From Balanoglossus misakiensis (taxonomy: Eukaryota; Animalia; Hemichordata), in contig CM082596.2 in assembly GCA_040954595.2 (NCBI GenBank), forward strand, positions 7,766,468 through 7,830,467: a stretch of DNA of 64,000 bases, in the 5' to 3' direction. Numbering within the stretch: the stretch's first letter is position 1; the number at the start of each line of letters is the position of its first letter. The notes below the pieces were generated by a model, which saw only the letters and a list, made by a program, of their open reading frames with translations, had not been told where the DNA came from and did no database searches. A program made the position numbers and the translations under genes. This document shows positions 1-12,700 of this stretch, in pieces.

Positions 1-1707
1 TGTCGCCGTAAGATTTTCCTTTGAACTTGTGTGCATGCATATTTGATTTGGCAATCATGTTCACTATACCCACCAAGGAAAAAATACGTTTTGAGGAATT
101 TAGGGATTTGGGGAGATCTGTCTTCACCACTGACTGTGCTGATGTTCTTTACGTCGTTGTTTGATAAGTATTGATGTCAATCCGGTGCTGTGAAGGAAAG
201 CAAGGAATTTGTTTTGCTGTCATCCCCCCGGATTAACTGCAAAGTGCTTCCAGCCACCGTGATCTTACCAACACTTTCAGAGAAAATTGGGTGTAAGCTT
301 TCAGGGAACCATATTTTGCCTGACCTACATTGGCGTGCATCAATCAACCCGGACTCAATTTCTCTGTCTGCAGCCATGCAATTGCCTTCACTTACGCAGA
401 AATAGTGGGGGGAAATGATTAGATGTAATTCCTGGAGTCTGCGGAGTCGACTTAACCAGTGACTAATTTATCAATTTCGTATGTAATCCATCGTTCAGTA
501 TTTATTGCTTTTATGTAGATTGTTATATCACCATAAATTCTGGTGGCAGAGACCAGAGTGATTGTCATAGAGCTCAAGCACAGGCATTTTACAATGTACT
601 CATTTTCTATGTCATATATCATTGTACAGTTTAATCAGTATATATTGTTCCTCTTTAATCATTACAATTGTTCCACGTTGTTGTTTTAACTGTTGTGGTA
701 GGACCTGTCTAGGGAAAACTAAACAGAAAGAGACGCAGGCATTTTGCGGTAGTAGCTGTGTTATTAAAAAAAATGTTCAAATTTTTTAGATCTGTGTGAT
801 TGTCAAGTTTTTTATGTACATCATATGCTTTGGTATTGTCGTCAACTCTGTGCAACTCGGACAGTATCTCCAATATACTCAGACATAAATCCTGGTGTTT
901 TGTGAATAACCTTATAGTATGCTGGCTGCATTTCAGCATCTGGTAGATATTAGATTTCGAAAATGAAAATGATGTATGCAAAAGACAAGTTCTGAGGAAA
1001 GTATAGTTCTTAAAAGAGTGATGCATTTAGGTACATGTACCAATTAGAATGTGCAGTCCCGCAGGTATAAGCCTCAATGATAACTGGTATATATTTTTCT
1101 CCCCTTTGTTCCAGATTTCCAATCCTGACAATGTCAGTCCACCATCTTTCTGAGTGTCCTCTGACATATACCGAGATGTCGACGATCTGTTGAAGGATGT
1201 CCAACCAGAAACCCAGACCGACAATGTCACAGAAACCAAACCAAGAGAATCTGTGCAGAGTGACATGGGTTGTTTCAACTGGTTTATGGTCATTTGGCTT
1301 TAATCAGATTGGGGACATTTAATACCAAATCAGGAAGTTTTAACAAACTTGTTGCAAGTACGCCCTCGACGATAAGGGCAATTTGTTCTCTTGATGTCCA
1401 AGTAAATTTGCATATGATTTATAAGGCTATTCAGATGCTAATTTTAAACTTTGCATATAAATGTTAATTTAGGTGCTATGCATTTTTTGTCGTTTTATTG
1501 TAAAATAAGAGAAATTAGTCCTGTTTCATGAATCCTTGATCTAACAATTTGTTGTTTTAATATTGACAGCTTTAGTATTTTCTCCATAGCTTTGATTTAA
1601 TGACAAATAAAACACGCGACCTTGATTGAAGAACAACCTGTCGACCAAACCATACATAAAGTTTTGTTGAGCTTGATACCGTCGAAAGTTCCGGGCCGAC
1701 AGCCAAT

Positions 1708-1895
1708 ATCGCTTCTCGGCCTTTTGGCTAAGATCATGTGTAGTATCTGTTCTTATCAGCTTAATATCTGATACGCTGCTCACCGAGCAGCTCGATATTA
1801 AACTGATTTTTGGAAACGGGCCATGGAATAGGGGCTTGCTCCGTCCTGGCCACGGATCGACCTGGTATTGCAGTACCTCCAGGAACGGTCCACCT
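1708..1895 (+). ncRNA. U2: U2 spliceosomal snRNA gene, full length
   Basis: Starts ATCGCTTCTCGGCCTTTTGGCTAAGATCA; branch-recognition GTAGTA; stem IIb GCTGCTC-acc-GAGCAGC; Sm site GATTTTTGG; stem IV loop TATTGCAGTA closed by GGATCG...CGGTCC (compensatory to human GCATCG...CGGTGC). 3' end uncertain by about 2 nt. Confidence 0.97.
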
Positions 1896-3529
1896 CACAA
1901 TTAAATCAAAAATAAGACTTGAAAATGATTTCTGAAAAGTGGAAAGCACTGAAATTCTCTTCATACAAAGTGTGTTAGTCAGTTTGGATTGTTAACCACA
2001 CCCCTGCGCATGAATGGCGGTGGGAATGGGGCAGGGGACCAGACTACCTGTTCGTGTCATTTACAAATGTCGAGCAATGCAAGTTACAGAGTAAATAAAA
2101 ACAAAAGAATCGTACATAGTGCGCCGTATGATGACGCTCTTTAAATTGAAAGAGTATACAGAGTCGGGACAGTGTATAATTGCTACATACATTGTATAGA
2201 TGTTTAGTATTCATGTCTATTTTGCAGCTGATGTAGACTAACCCACTGGTCGCTTGGTGATTTTTGTATCTCAATACTTTTTTGTGTTTGCGGTGAATTT
2301 TGCACTGAGGTCACGGTTTCGGTTAGCGTCGACTACGCGTTCCCTTGACGTACGTACGCTCACACTCGGTGACTTTTACTCCATACACGGTACATAGAGA
2401 AATTTGGAACAAGTTTTTTAAATGTATTTATTATGAAATACTGAAGCCCTTAGACTTGGAGTAAGTCTACAGCTGATGTATTCTTAGAAAACATGTTATG
2501 TGTGAATTCAGCGAGAATCACATTATACCTACCTAGCCCATTCGTTCCACACATATAGCTGTAGAATCAACTAGAACTCTTGATTTTAATAGCTCAAACA
2601 TTATACTCACGATTTTTTCCCCCAGAACTGATAAGATATCTTTACAGTAATGCGATTTTTGGCACATGGTTCGGAAGTATGTTGTTGGAACTGTAAGATG
2701 GAAAATAAATGAAAAGGGTTTCAGAGAATCCTGAATAGGGACTCTTTCCAGCAGATGCCTGTAGTCATGACACCTTATGACTGCAAGCGCTGTTCTCAGA
2801 TCCATCTGGATTGACAGATGGTACACAGTTTTTGACAATTTACTGCTAACTTCACTGGGTGGAGCGACCGGGCTCCCATCTCTCGGACTGCGCTGCAACT
2901 ACAGTTGGGTTTAATTAAAGATGTCGCCACTCACTGAGTTGCAAAGAAACAGTGAACTCTACCGCAGAGGGCGCACTATCAGGAAGATACCCTCACCATC
3001 ACCTCACCATTCTAGTTCTTGTAGTATCATCTTGCAGTGGTTTACTTTGCCAATCATCGTCCACAAGGTTCTTTATTTTCACCTGGCCACCCAAGTGAAA
3101 AACCACTTTCCATGCCAACCGTTGCACAGGTATAGGCCTACACTCAGGTATCACTGACCTACATATTTATTGTGGACTGGACCAGATATTTGCCTGTAAA
3201 TTGTCCCTTTAAAACAGTTCATAATTCAAAATACGTAAAGGAGATCATTTTGACGACTATTTTTATTTTATGACTAAGGACAACAGGAATTTTTTTGCAA
3301 GTGTGGGTTGCACATGTATTCTGAGCAAGAGAGACACCCAAAGTGCGTCATAACGTTCGTTGACCCCAAACTGCGGCTTGCATGCAGTGAACTAAAAATA
3401 ACACTGATAATTCTCACAAAGGGAAGAAATGTAAAAAAAATGATATATAGAGAAACGCGACAGCTGTATCTGATGATTTGTTTTCTTTATCGGCTAAAAA
3501 GTTAACTTTTTTCGATTTTGTTTGGTTTT

Positions 3530-3716
3530 GTGACGTAGTCCACTTATCACCACCAGCGTCGGTGACGTCTCTCCCCTTGTACGAGGTTCAGCCGGAATCA
3601 CGTGACCTTAGGTGTGGAGAGTATTCAATATGGCCGACCAGTGAGAGAAGGGCCGTTATTCCGAGTTCACTGCGTAATTCTTGGTGTATTTGCGACGATC
3701 GCGACGTTTCAGCAGT
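3530..3716 (+). promoter_or_regulatory. CpG-rich proximal promoter / 5' UTR of DIP2
   Basis: Local CpG enrichment just upstream of the ATG; CRE-like TGACGT at 3531 and 3563; E-box TCACGTGAC at 3598-3606. The TSS cannot be placed from sequence. Confidence 0.55.
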
Positions 3717-6700
3717 ATGGCAGAGCGGGCGGTGACCACGGCATCTCTGCCGCAGGAGATCAAGACCAAATTGACCGAGCTGGATCAGGAACTGGCCGAG
3801 GGTACGTAGAAAAACACAGAGGAAGCGGCGACAACTACTACTACAGCTTGTAGCCTGTCCCGTTTCATTATGTGGGAGCACTTGTTTTTGTTTATAAATG
3901 CAAGGGTCGTCGGCGCCGCGAAGGTTCATTCGTATGCAGTCGTGACACATGAATTAGGCTGTCGTTGAAGCTTCTGTGTCAGCTCAAAGACATTGCTGCG
4001 AAGGAATCATCCGGGGAATGTTGGCATAATTTATCTCAAGTTACACGCTCTTTCCCTTGACCCCAGTCTGTCGACATTAATATTTCGACGATCAAAGTGC
4101 ATTTCATGTACATCAATCGTGACGTTTCTCACCATCACACGTGATTAATGTTTAAACGATGTATTTACCAGCCACTGAATTTGGTAACCGATTTCATACC
4201 TTGTGTCAATTTCCTGTGAATGAGGCATATTTCGCAAGAATTATCAATGTGTCACAAAACGATCGTCGAGATAGAATGAACCACTTCACAAGTTTATTTG
4301 ACTTGTTAACGTGTTTGTTATTGGCGATATAAGGCCAGACACCATGATTTTTGAATGTTGTTGATAAACGGAGGCCAGTTCTTCCATGGCCAATTCTGGC
4401 TGTTTTTAGGGGCCAGTGGTTAATAGAGGCCATTGGGTACACAGGCGATACACAGTCACAAAATTCTTGTCATTGTGATTATGGAAAGTGATAGGGCTTC
4501 AGCATTGTTCCCACAAGTTACAGGTCTAAACTTGGCCACTCTAAACACTAACAAGCCGAGAGCCAAATGATAATTAAATAAACACTGAAAATTGAAAGTA
4601 AACTAAATAAATTGGGGACGATAAGTTGATTATTATACCACATTGTTTATTTTATTTGTTCCCCATTTGAATCCATTCATCCCATTGTTGCCATAAAGAA
4701 GTTAGGTTGAAAAAAAAGTTAAGATAACATGTGAAATCTGTTGTTAAATTCACAGTTTCCTGTGAAATTTCTGCGTATGGCTGTTTGAACTTTAGAGAAG
4801 TTAGAGTATATTGAAAAAAGTTTGTATTGAAAATGGCCATCTATTGTATACTAACTTGCATGGTCATACTTGTATTCAGAGTCTGAAAGTTAAATGACCT
4901 ATTGCAGGGTATGCGTGGTGTCTAGCTTATTGCAAGTATGTGGTTTTGGACTCGCAGAGTGTACTACGTGCATGTTAATTGTCCTAAAGATAAGTACACA
5001 TTTAATTCCGACTGAGTGATAAATTGTGCGGATTATCGACTGTGTGACTTCAAGAATGACCCCCTGCAGGAAATTATTCATGCAGTGGGTACTTATTACA
5101 CTTGGCAGTCGCTCATGTTGTATTTCTTGAAGGATTCTCAAGTGCTTCTGGGTAACAAAATACATGGACGTGTAACTTGCCCTGTTGGGGGTAATGTGCA
5201 CAGTTCATATCTATATACGCATGAATTCCGATGTTACAGTGAGTTACATGTCAGGCTGATACTGCAATGATTCTTATAATACCTGCTGCTGTGTGATGGT
5301 CATAATTAATTGTATACCAAACTCCAAAGTTTCAATATGGATGTTTTGGGAAACTGCTGGTAATGTTCAGTTGCCCAGTTTCCATGTTATCAACTTTGTC
5401 AGTGTGATCATAGGCTGTGTTGTGCCGACTGTTCCATATGGTAGATTACACCAATTGGGGAATTTGTTATTTGTACCGTATGGGTATTTAATTGCATTTC
5501 AAGGTAGGCTTCAATTAATACAAAGTATGCGCATATTTTGTATTTTTTGCACTTTGCATGGTCAGCCAGTGTTTTGCTGTGGTTTCTTTGCAATCCCATA
5601 ATGAGAAATATTTGTCCAACTAGACCACTGCAGTAACAGAATCGTATTGTCCATCACGATATATGGCTCTCAGATCAAAGATCATCACCATTTATTTTAG
5701 AACCTGGTGTCGGTGCCAAATGAGCAAGTCCCACTCCCAACCACTTCTCCGATTCCTCAATTAGGGCTACACAAATTGACCGATAAAGACGAACGTAAAA
5801 TCAGTCAATATGGAGAAGACTCGTACTGCACAATTGTACAATGCTGCCTTGCTCGTCGGGAAATCATTCTCAGAGCTGCTTTGATTGGATTTTACGAGAA
5901 AGACTGTAAAACTCAGAGTTTATTCCCTGCATTCCCCACATGCTGAAAACAGTTATCAAATTAACCTTTGCTCCAGTGACTCTAAGGTTACATGCGTAAT
6001 ACTCTAACTGTTCTGCAGATATAAAGACTAAAGTAGATGGCTACATGTAACCTTACCTACTTACAGGTAATACTGCACCCTGGGGACTAACTTTCTGAAA
6101 AATGAAAACTCTTTTATTTTAATATTCAGGCTTGTAGAATATCTACTATCTTGCTGAAAAAGATGTACTGTACATTGGCCCCATCCAAGTAAATGAAAAA
6201 TCTAGTTCGGCAGCCATTTTGAATTTTAGGGTAGTAATACATAAATGTAATAATTTGTAAAAAATTAATTCGAAAGTTTGAATCATTGATTTTGAAAGGT
6301 AAACGAGGTAACGTATTCTTGCAATAAGCAGGGGTGAATTTTACGAGTGATTCCAAGGTGCTTACATGTACTACTGCACATGTACGCAGTAATTCTCATT
6401 GTTAATTCTTAATTGCCATTGAATATGGTGGGAGTTATGGCCTCATCCCATAAACATGGCAGAGCCAGGGCTTTGATGTTCATTCACAGACCCTAATGGG
6501 GAGTTTATCTATGGCAGGGTATGAAGACCTTTATTATCTGGTCAACCGCCAGTGTACATGTACAGTCTCAGAAGCCTGGTAATAGTTGGTTATCATTTCC
6601 TGGGATGCTTTCAGAAGCTCTACCACCACTGTTGTGTGTATACATGTATTTATTTGGGTTTGTGACTTCTGAGGCTGGAAGAAAACTATCACCATTGTGA

Positions 6701-9700
6701 GTGGGTTTATCAGCTCTGTTGCAGTTGCATTGAACTTCGGTGCAATGACCGATCCACCCACAGCTTGTCGGCACACACACACTTGACCTTCAAGGCCTGC
6801 AGCTATAATGACGCACTGCAAAGGGAAAACCATTTGATTTCATGGGGGAGGGGGTTGGAGGATTTTGGTACGTCAGCAATTTTTTTTCAGCCACTGTTTA
6901 ACAGCATATTTTTTATCGATTGCCAGTCCACACTATTCCTCAAGGCACTTCACAAGTAATTTTTCCCTCTCCACCCCCTCCCCCCAAGAAATCAAATGGT
7001 CCCCCCTAATGTAGATTAGAACCACACCCTTGTGAACTGTATACGGACATGTGCATGGAGTACATCTGATAACCCACTGGACACTTACTCCCCCTCCCCT
7101 TCCCCCATGCCTAGAACTTTAAAATGAAGGCGTAAATTTTGATAATCAGCTCAAATAAATTCCCGAAAAAAATAAGATGTGTAGTACTAGTAGTATACAG
7201 GTGGAAGGTACATTGTATATCATTTGTAGTATTGTCTGTGCACCATTTCATAAAGGCCAAGGTTGGATGAGACCACCCTGGTCTGTGTTTCTCCCGACAG
7301 AACGTGTAGGCAGGTTAAGTATTAGAGCAATTTCAATTTCAAATTTGTGGTGTGTATATTTAGAAGATCATGTAACACACATGTCAGTTGCAGGAATAGA
7401 TAGGCACCATATTTTCCGTTTCTAAATTTAGAATGAGCAGTTTCTGCATCCGTTCATAAAGTAGGTTAGCTTTGTATTTTATCAAACTATCAAATCTAAT
7501 CCTGAAAAATTACTGATAAGGCTCGAGGGGGATAATCGATTTCAACTCTGACTGGCAGGATTTGGAATTACTCATGTGAAATAGGTCTTTTATGCGAAAC
7601 CTAGATTTTTATTTCGGTTGTATGGAGAAACCTGTGTTATAATTATATTATGACAGGTTTACCATGTTGCTCATATTTCATGTTGTGGCCAACTTTATGA
7701 AAAATCATACAACAGGAATTAGTGATATTTCATCCAAAGTACTTTCACAATCTGGGTGCAGGTACACAGGGCATCTATCACTTGACAAATGCTGGGATTT
7801 GTTGACTGCTTGCGCTGTTTCAAGGGTACAGGTATCTGTCATGCATATTCGATGGAAACTCTGAAATAGTTAGCAGAAAGCAAATTCATGTACCCCTCAC
7901 ATACAGAACAACGTAATAATGCAAGCCAACAGAATTAATTACAGTAAGAATCTTAAAACTTATAATTGTTGAAATTTCAAATAAAATAGTAATGATATTG
8001 ATAACATTTTCTTTTCCACTGTGTCATTGGGGAGTTCCCACATGAGAGAATACCCATCATGATTTATATCAATCATGTGATATCTTTTGAGTTTAACTAT
8101 TTTCATTGAGTCTGTGTTGACTTTCAAGGCCATAATAGGCCAGTGTTGCAAGTTCCAATGATGGCATCGCTGATATTTTAGCATCACATGCTGACTTGTG
8201 AAGAATTTGCTGCATGCAGCGATGATCTTCAGAAATCAATGATGCTGGATGCTTTGAGGACAAAATATCTAGGCCAACAGAAATCAGGTGTTTGGTATTA
8301 GTGAAGTTAGGGGGCCTTATTAGTGGAGGAATCACATGATCAGCTGCTTCTATGGAATAAAGGAGATGTTTGCTACGGATCAAGTTTGTTTGTAATGAGG
8401 ATTTAATTTTATCAATCAAAACTTCATTTCATGTATGTTTCATGAATTTATGGTGTGTCGTTTCTGTTTTTCCGTACGCTCAGACTGAATATGGACTCGG
8501 GTGGATGTGAAACAGGTCAGCTGCTTCTGCTATTGCAAGAGGCAGCATGTTTACATAATATTGCTGTTTATTTTGATCAATATTTTTGTCACTTACGTGA
8601 AATGCTGTTGAAAATTGTGTTTATTGAAAAATATGCTTCCCAAAACACTTCATTAGACTGGGTACATAGTGTTTTCAAAACAACCGTCTTTGCAACATGC
8701 ATGTATGAGATGGTGAATACAGTTTTCTGAAGAAAAAATGGGTTCTCCACTGTTCTTAGCATTGTGTGTGCCGGTATCTGAGCACTCTAGCCAGAAAAAG
8801 AAGCAACCATCCAGTTTATAGTGGCTGGGGGAATTTTTTAACGTAGCACTGGGAAAATATGTTGAAAATGTATGTTAGTGTTTTCTGCAGTATTCTTGCA
8901 TGACTGAGCCATAATGTGTGGCACTCGCCCACCATGACATCACTTTTCAGGAAGATGATTTGCATAGATCAGGTTCACGGTAAGGAGTAACCTCTCTCAC
9001 ACCTATTTTTTTGTGTGTGGGAAAAAATATCACCATACATACCTTAGGTTGTAAATCGACTTTTACAGTTGCCCATTACGTGTACGTGTGTCCACTACTA
9101 CACGTATGTATGATGAGTTAATTAAACGCTTAGTATTGCAAAATAAAATCTGTAGAGGATCAAATTCAAAGCAAGGGCTTGTTGTGGAGATAGAAATCAT
9201 AAAATAATTGATCACTCTAGCATGTACCAAGACTAGCTATCATCATGGTGTACTATATACCTGATAATTTTATTATTTGTTGGATGAGAAGTTGAATCTC
9301 ACACAAAACGCCACAAGGTTCATTGTGCGTGCAAGCTCCTGTCCTGTTCCACGTATTGGGCAAAATCTTCTGTCGTTAATCCCAGCATAGTTGAGCAATG
9401 CAAAACCCACCACACCTCCTGTAGTGACGACACCCAATTTATATGTTACGTATTTATCCCCCAGCCACTCTTGACAACTACATTGATCACCAGATTTTTA
9501 CAAAAGCAATTATGTCTTCCCAAACACTCAACCAAAAAAATCCTGCCTCGCGGCCAGTCTGTGCCTCGAATGGGATCCCATCATACAACCCGAGGAAATT
9601 GAGATTTGTTCCGTGCGTGTTACTCCCGCACTGGCCATTACATCATTTCGGAGTTTTCGTTGTCGATGAATGCTTTCAATTTTTTTCTTTGACGGAAAAC

Positions 9701-12700
9701 AATGATCATACACGAACAGTAATTTGATCATCAATTCAGAGAATACTTTCAGTAGCTCAACGTACATGCTCACGTAATACATGTATCAGCAAAATTTTGT
9801 ATAGATGGAAGATCGAGAAGGAGGGTGCTGGGATAAAATCAACTTCCAATGTATTTTTCCTCAATAGGCTTATTATCACGCCATTATTTGTCTCATCCAT
9901 CTGCCAATACAGCGTGCCAACCAGCTTATTTACACAACGGCGCAGAATTTGAAATACAACTATAATATTTCATAACTGGGAAGATTCGATTGAATGGTGT
10001 AATCAGGCTTGAACGATTATGTTTACAATCAAACCTTTGCATTGGAAGACTAGAACAAAAACTGACGATTGTCGAATTTTTATCACAAAAATTGCAATTA
10101 TTACGACAAAACTGGGTACCTACCACAATCTGATAATAAAATTTCCATCTTTTCAAAAATTTTAAATAAAAAAGAATTAACCCCCCTTTCCCCAAATAAT
10201 GATTTCATCAGATTTTTACATATATCGCGTATAATGCAAGAACATTGTTCCTAATACTAGATTCTAGTTACTCTCTGTGTATTTAGAATTATAGAAACCA
10301 TGAAATTTAATATAATGTAAATTGTAAATGACCTTATCTCCTGGCTTCAATTATTCCAATTATTCCTTTCATTGAAAAATTACCCGTCAAGGCATTGTAA
10401 TAATTCTCTCGTCATTTTGAAACACTTTCAATTTCCTGTGCAGCTGAGAATTAAAAAAAGACATGCGTGTATTCAATACTCTGTTAGGTGACAGAAATAA
10501 AATTGATTGGAAATGGACTCATTGGTACCTTATTATTGGTGTAATTATGGTTTGTGTGATAGTATATTAATCCCTACACAGCAGTCAAATTTTTATTGAA
10601 CAAAAAATAATGAAATTTTCATCATATTTAAATACTGTATACCATGGATTTGTGAATGAAGTCGTTGTTATGTTTGAATGTCATCAGTACATGTTTGCTT
10701 TTATTGACATAAAACATTTCAAAGATTTGAATGCGGTCTGTGAATTTTGTGAAATTTTCATGTCTGATGTTGTAGTGCAGTTTGAGATTTGAGTTTTAAT
10801 TCCTTATCACCCGACAACTGCATTCACGATTAAGCTGTCGGAGTGAAGTGTGTTTCAAATGCAAATGATGTGAGGGACTGTGTCATTGTGGGATTGTCTG
10901 GTCACATGACAAAGCTCTCCTGCAAGAAGTGGATTAGACTCGTACTTGTAAAGCCCTCTTCAGAAAGAAAGAGGCATTTCTTAAAGATTTTTGATTTTGT
11001 CGAATGACAGGGGTCAGACTTTTGATCGGTCGAAATCCCTTCAACCTGCATTTTCATTGTTCTCATGCATCTTGAGGGGATTGTATTATGGGGTGTGTAC
11101 ATTGTATGTCTGGATTTTAAACAAGATTTTCCCCCCAGTTCATTGAAATTGCTCAACTTGTCAAATTGTCAGAATGTCAGACATCTTCAGGTAGACCCTG
11201 GAAATTTCTCATTCATCTACTGAAGTAAACGTGAAAATTTCAAACTTTGGATACCAAACTTCAGTAAGAATATATACTGACTCATAGGAGCTACATTTAA
11301 GAATCAAACCTCAATTCTGGAAAACTATGCTGTTATAACACCTTGCATGTAACCATGGTTACTCCTCTAGTATTAAACTGTGATATAACAACATTTGTAA
11401 TCATGCATATATGCATGGCTTGCCCATGTATAATGTAAATATAATAGAGTATAACCGCAAAATATTACCATTTCAAAAGGAAAGTGGTAATTTCTAGCAT
11501 CCCCTATATCCCCTTGAGTTGTGACACCTTTACCTCAAACACAGCTCTATCAAGAATTGACCTTTGTGTGACCCCCGTCAATGGAGTGTCGCGCATCTCA
11601 AGCAGAACTTGTCGGGCTTTGACAGTTTCTGTAACGACCTCGCGGAGATCAGATCATTTGCCATCCTCGGGATTCGCTACGTTTTGCTTTGTTCGTATTT
11701 TGATTAAATCTCGGTGTTCTTTGGGATCTCTTGAAGTCGATTTTATGGGGTGGGTGTTTTGCACAGTGTTAAAATTTGGCTTTCCTGCTTTGTGAAAGAT
11801 GTTAATTTCGCTCTCCAAGTTCGTAGATTTCGTGAAATGAGTACAAAAGCAAAGGTGTGAATTGAATTATAGTGGTTTGCTCGGCTGACTTTTTGTTTCC
11901 TAATAAAACGGTACCTTGTAACAATGTACAGACAAAAGGTCTAGTTATAAACAATAGAAATGGCCATGTCAACACATTTAGATTTTTAAATTCAGTTTTC
12001 AGAGATCAGACGTTGCTGCTGTTGTCAAATAAACCAGGAAATACAGACCTCCTTGAGTTTAGACTGGCCTGTCTATCGCACCCACACATTGTGTTCTTGA
12101 AATTTTGTTCTTGGGTATATACATGTAGTATGTCAATGACCTTCCTTTGAAACTGCTAGGGTTGGAAAATTGCTCTCTTGAAAAAATTAAGAAACAATTT
12201 GCAATTCATGCGAAAATAATGAGATTTGCATAATCGGGCAGTAAGGTGACAAATATCACTGGTACTTAAATTTCAAATCATTGAGAATTAAAAGTGACAA
12301 TAATTGTACAAATGAATCTACATGCACTATTAATCAATTGGGAATTGATTATTAACGATGGAAAATAAACGCTCATTATCAAGAATAAATCTGATAATAA
12401 TTTGAATTACAAGGGAGGGGAATGAGTAATGGGTAACTGAATCTATGGACAAACTTGTGAACCAGTAGATACAAAAATAAAGCAGACTGCAACAAGACAA
12501 AATATGTGTTAAAATATACTGGTACACAATTATATAATTGTCTATATCACCATTTGTTCTCGTTGTATACAGTATAGAGTAGTACTGTAAAACGGGTTAT
12601 TTTCGCGACAGGAAATTTTCGCGATATCGAAAGAGGCAACTGTTACGCGAGGATGTGTTCTCGTATTTCACTAATTGCATCGTTATCTCCGAAAAACGTT

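Noticed and set aside
1095-1300. Strong acceptor TTTTTCTCCCCTTTGTTCCAG followed by coding-looking sequence
   Set aside because: Frames read from the acceptor stop early (e.g. FPILTMSVHHLSECPLTYTEMSTIC*) with no recognisable homology; could be the last exon of an upstream gene but unsupported.
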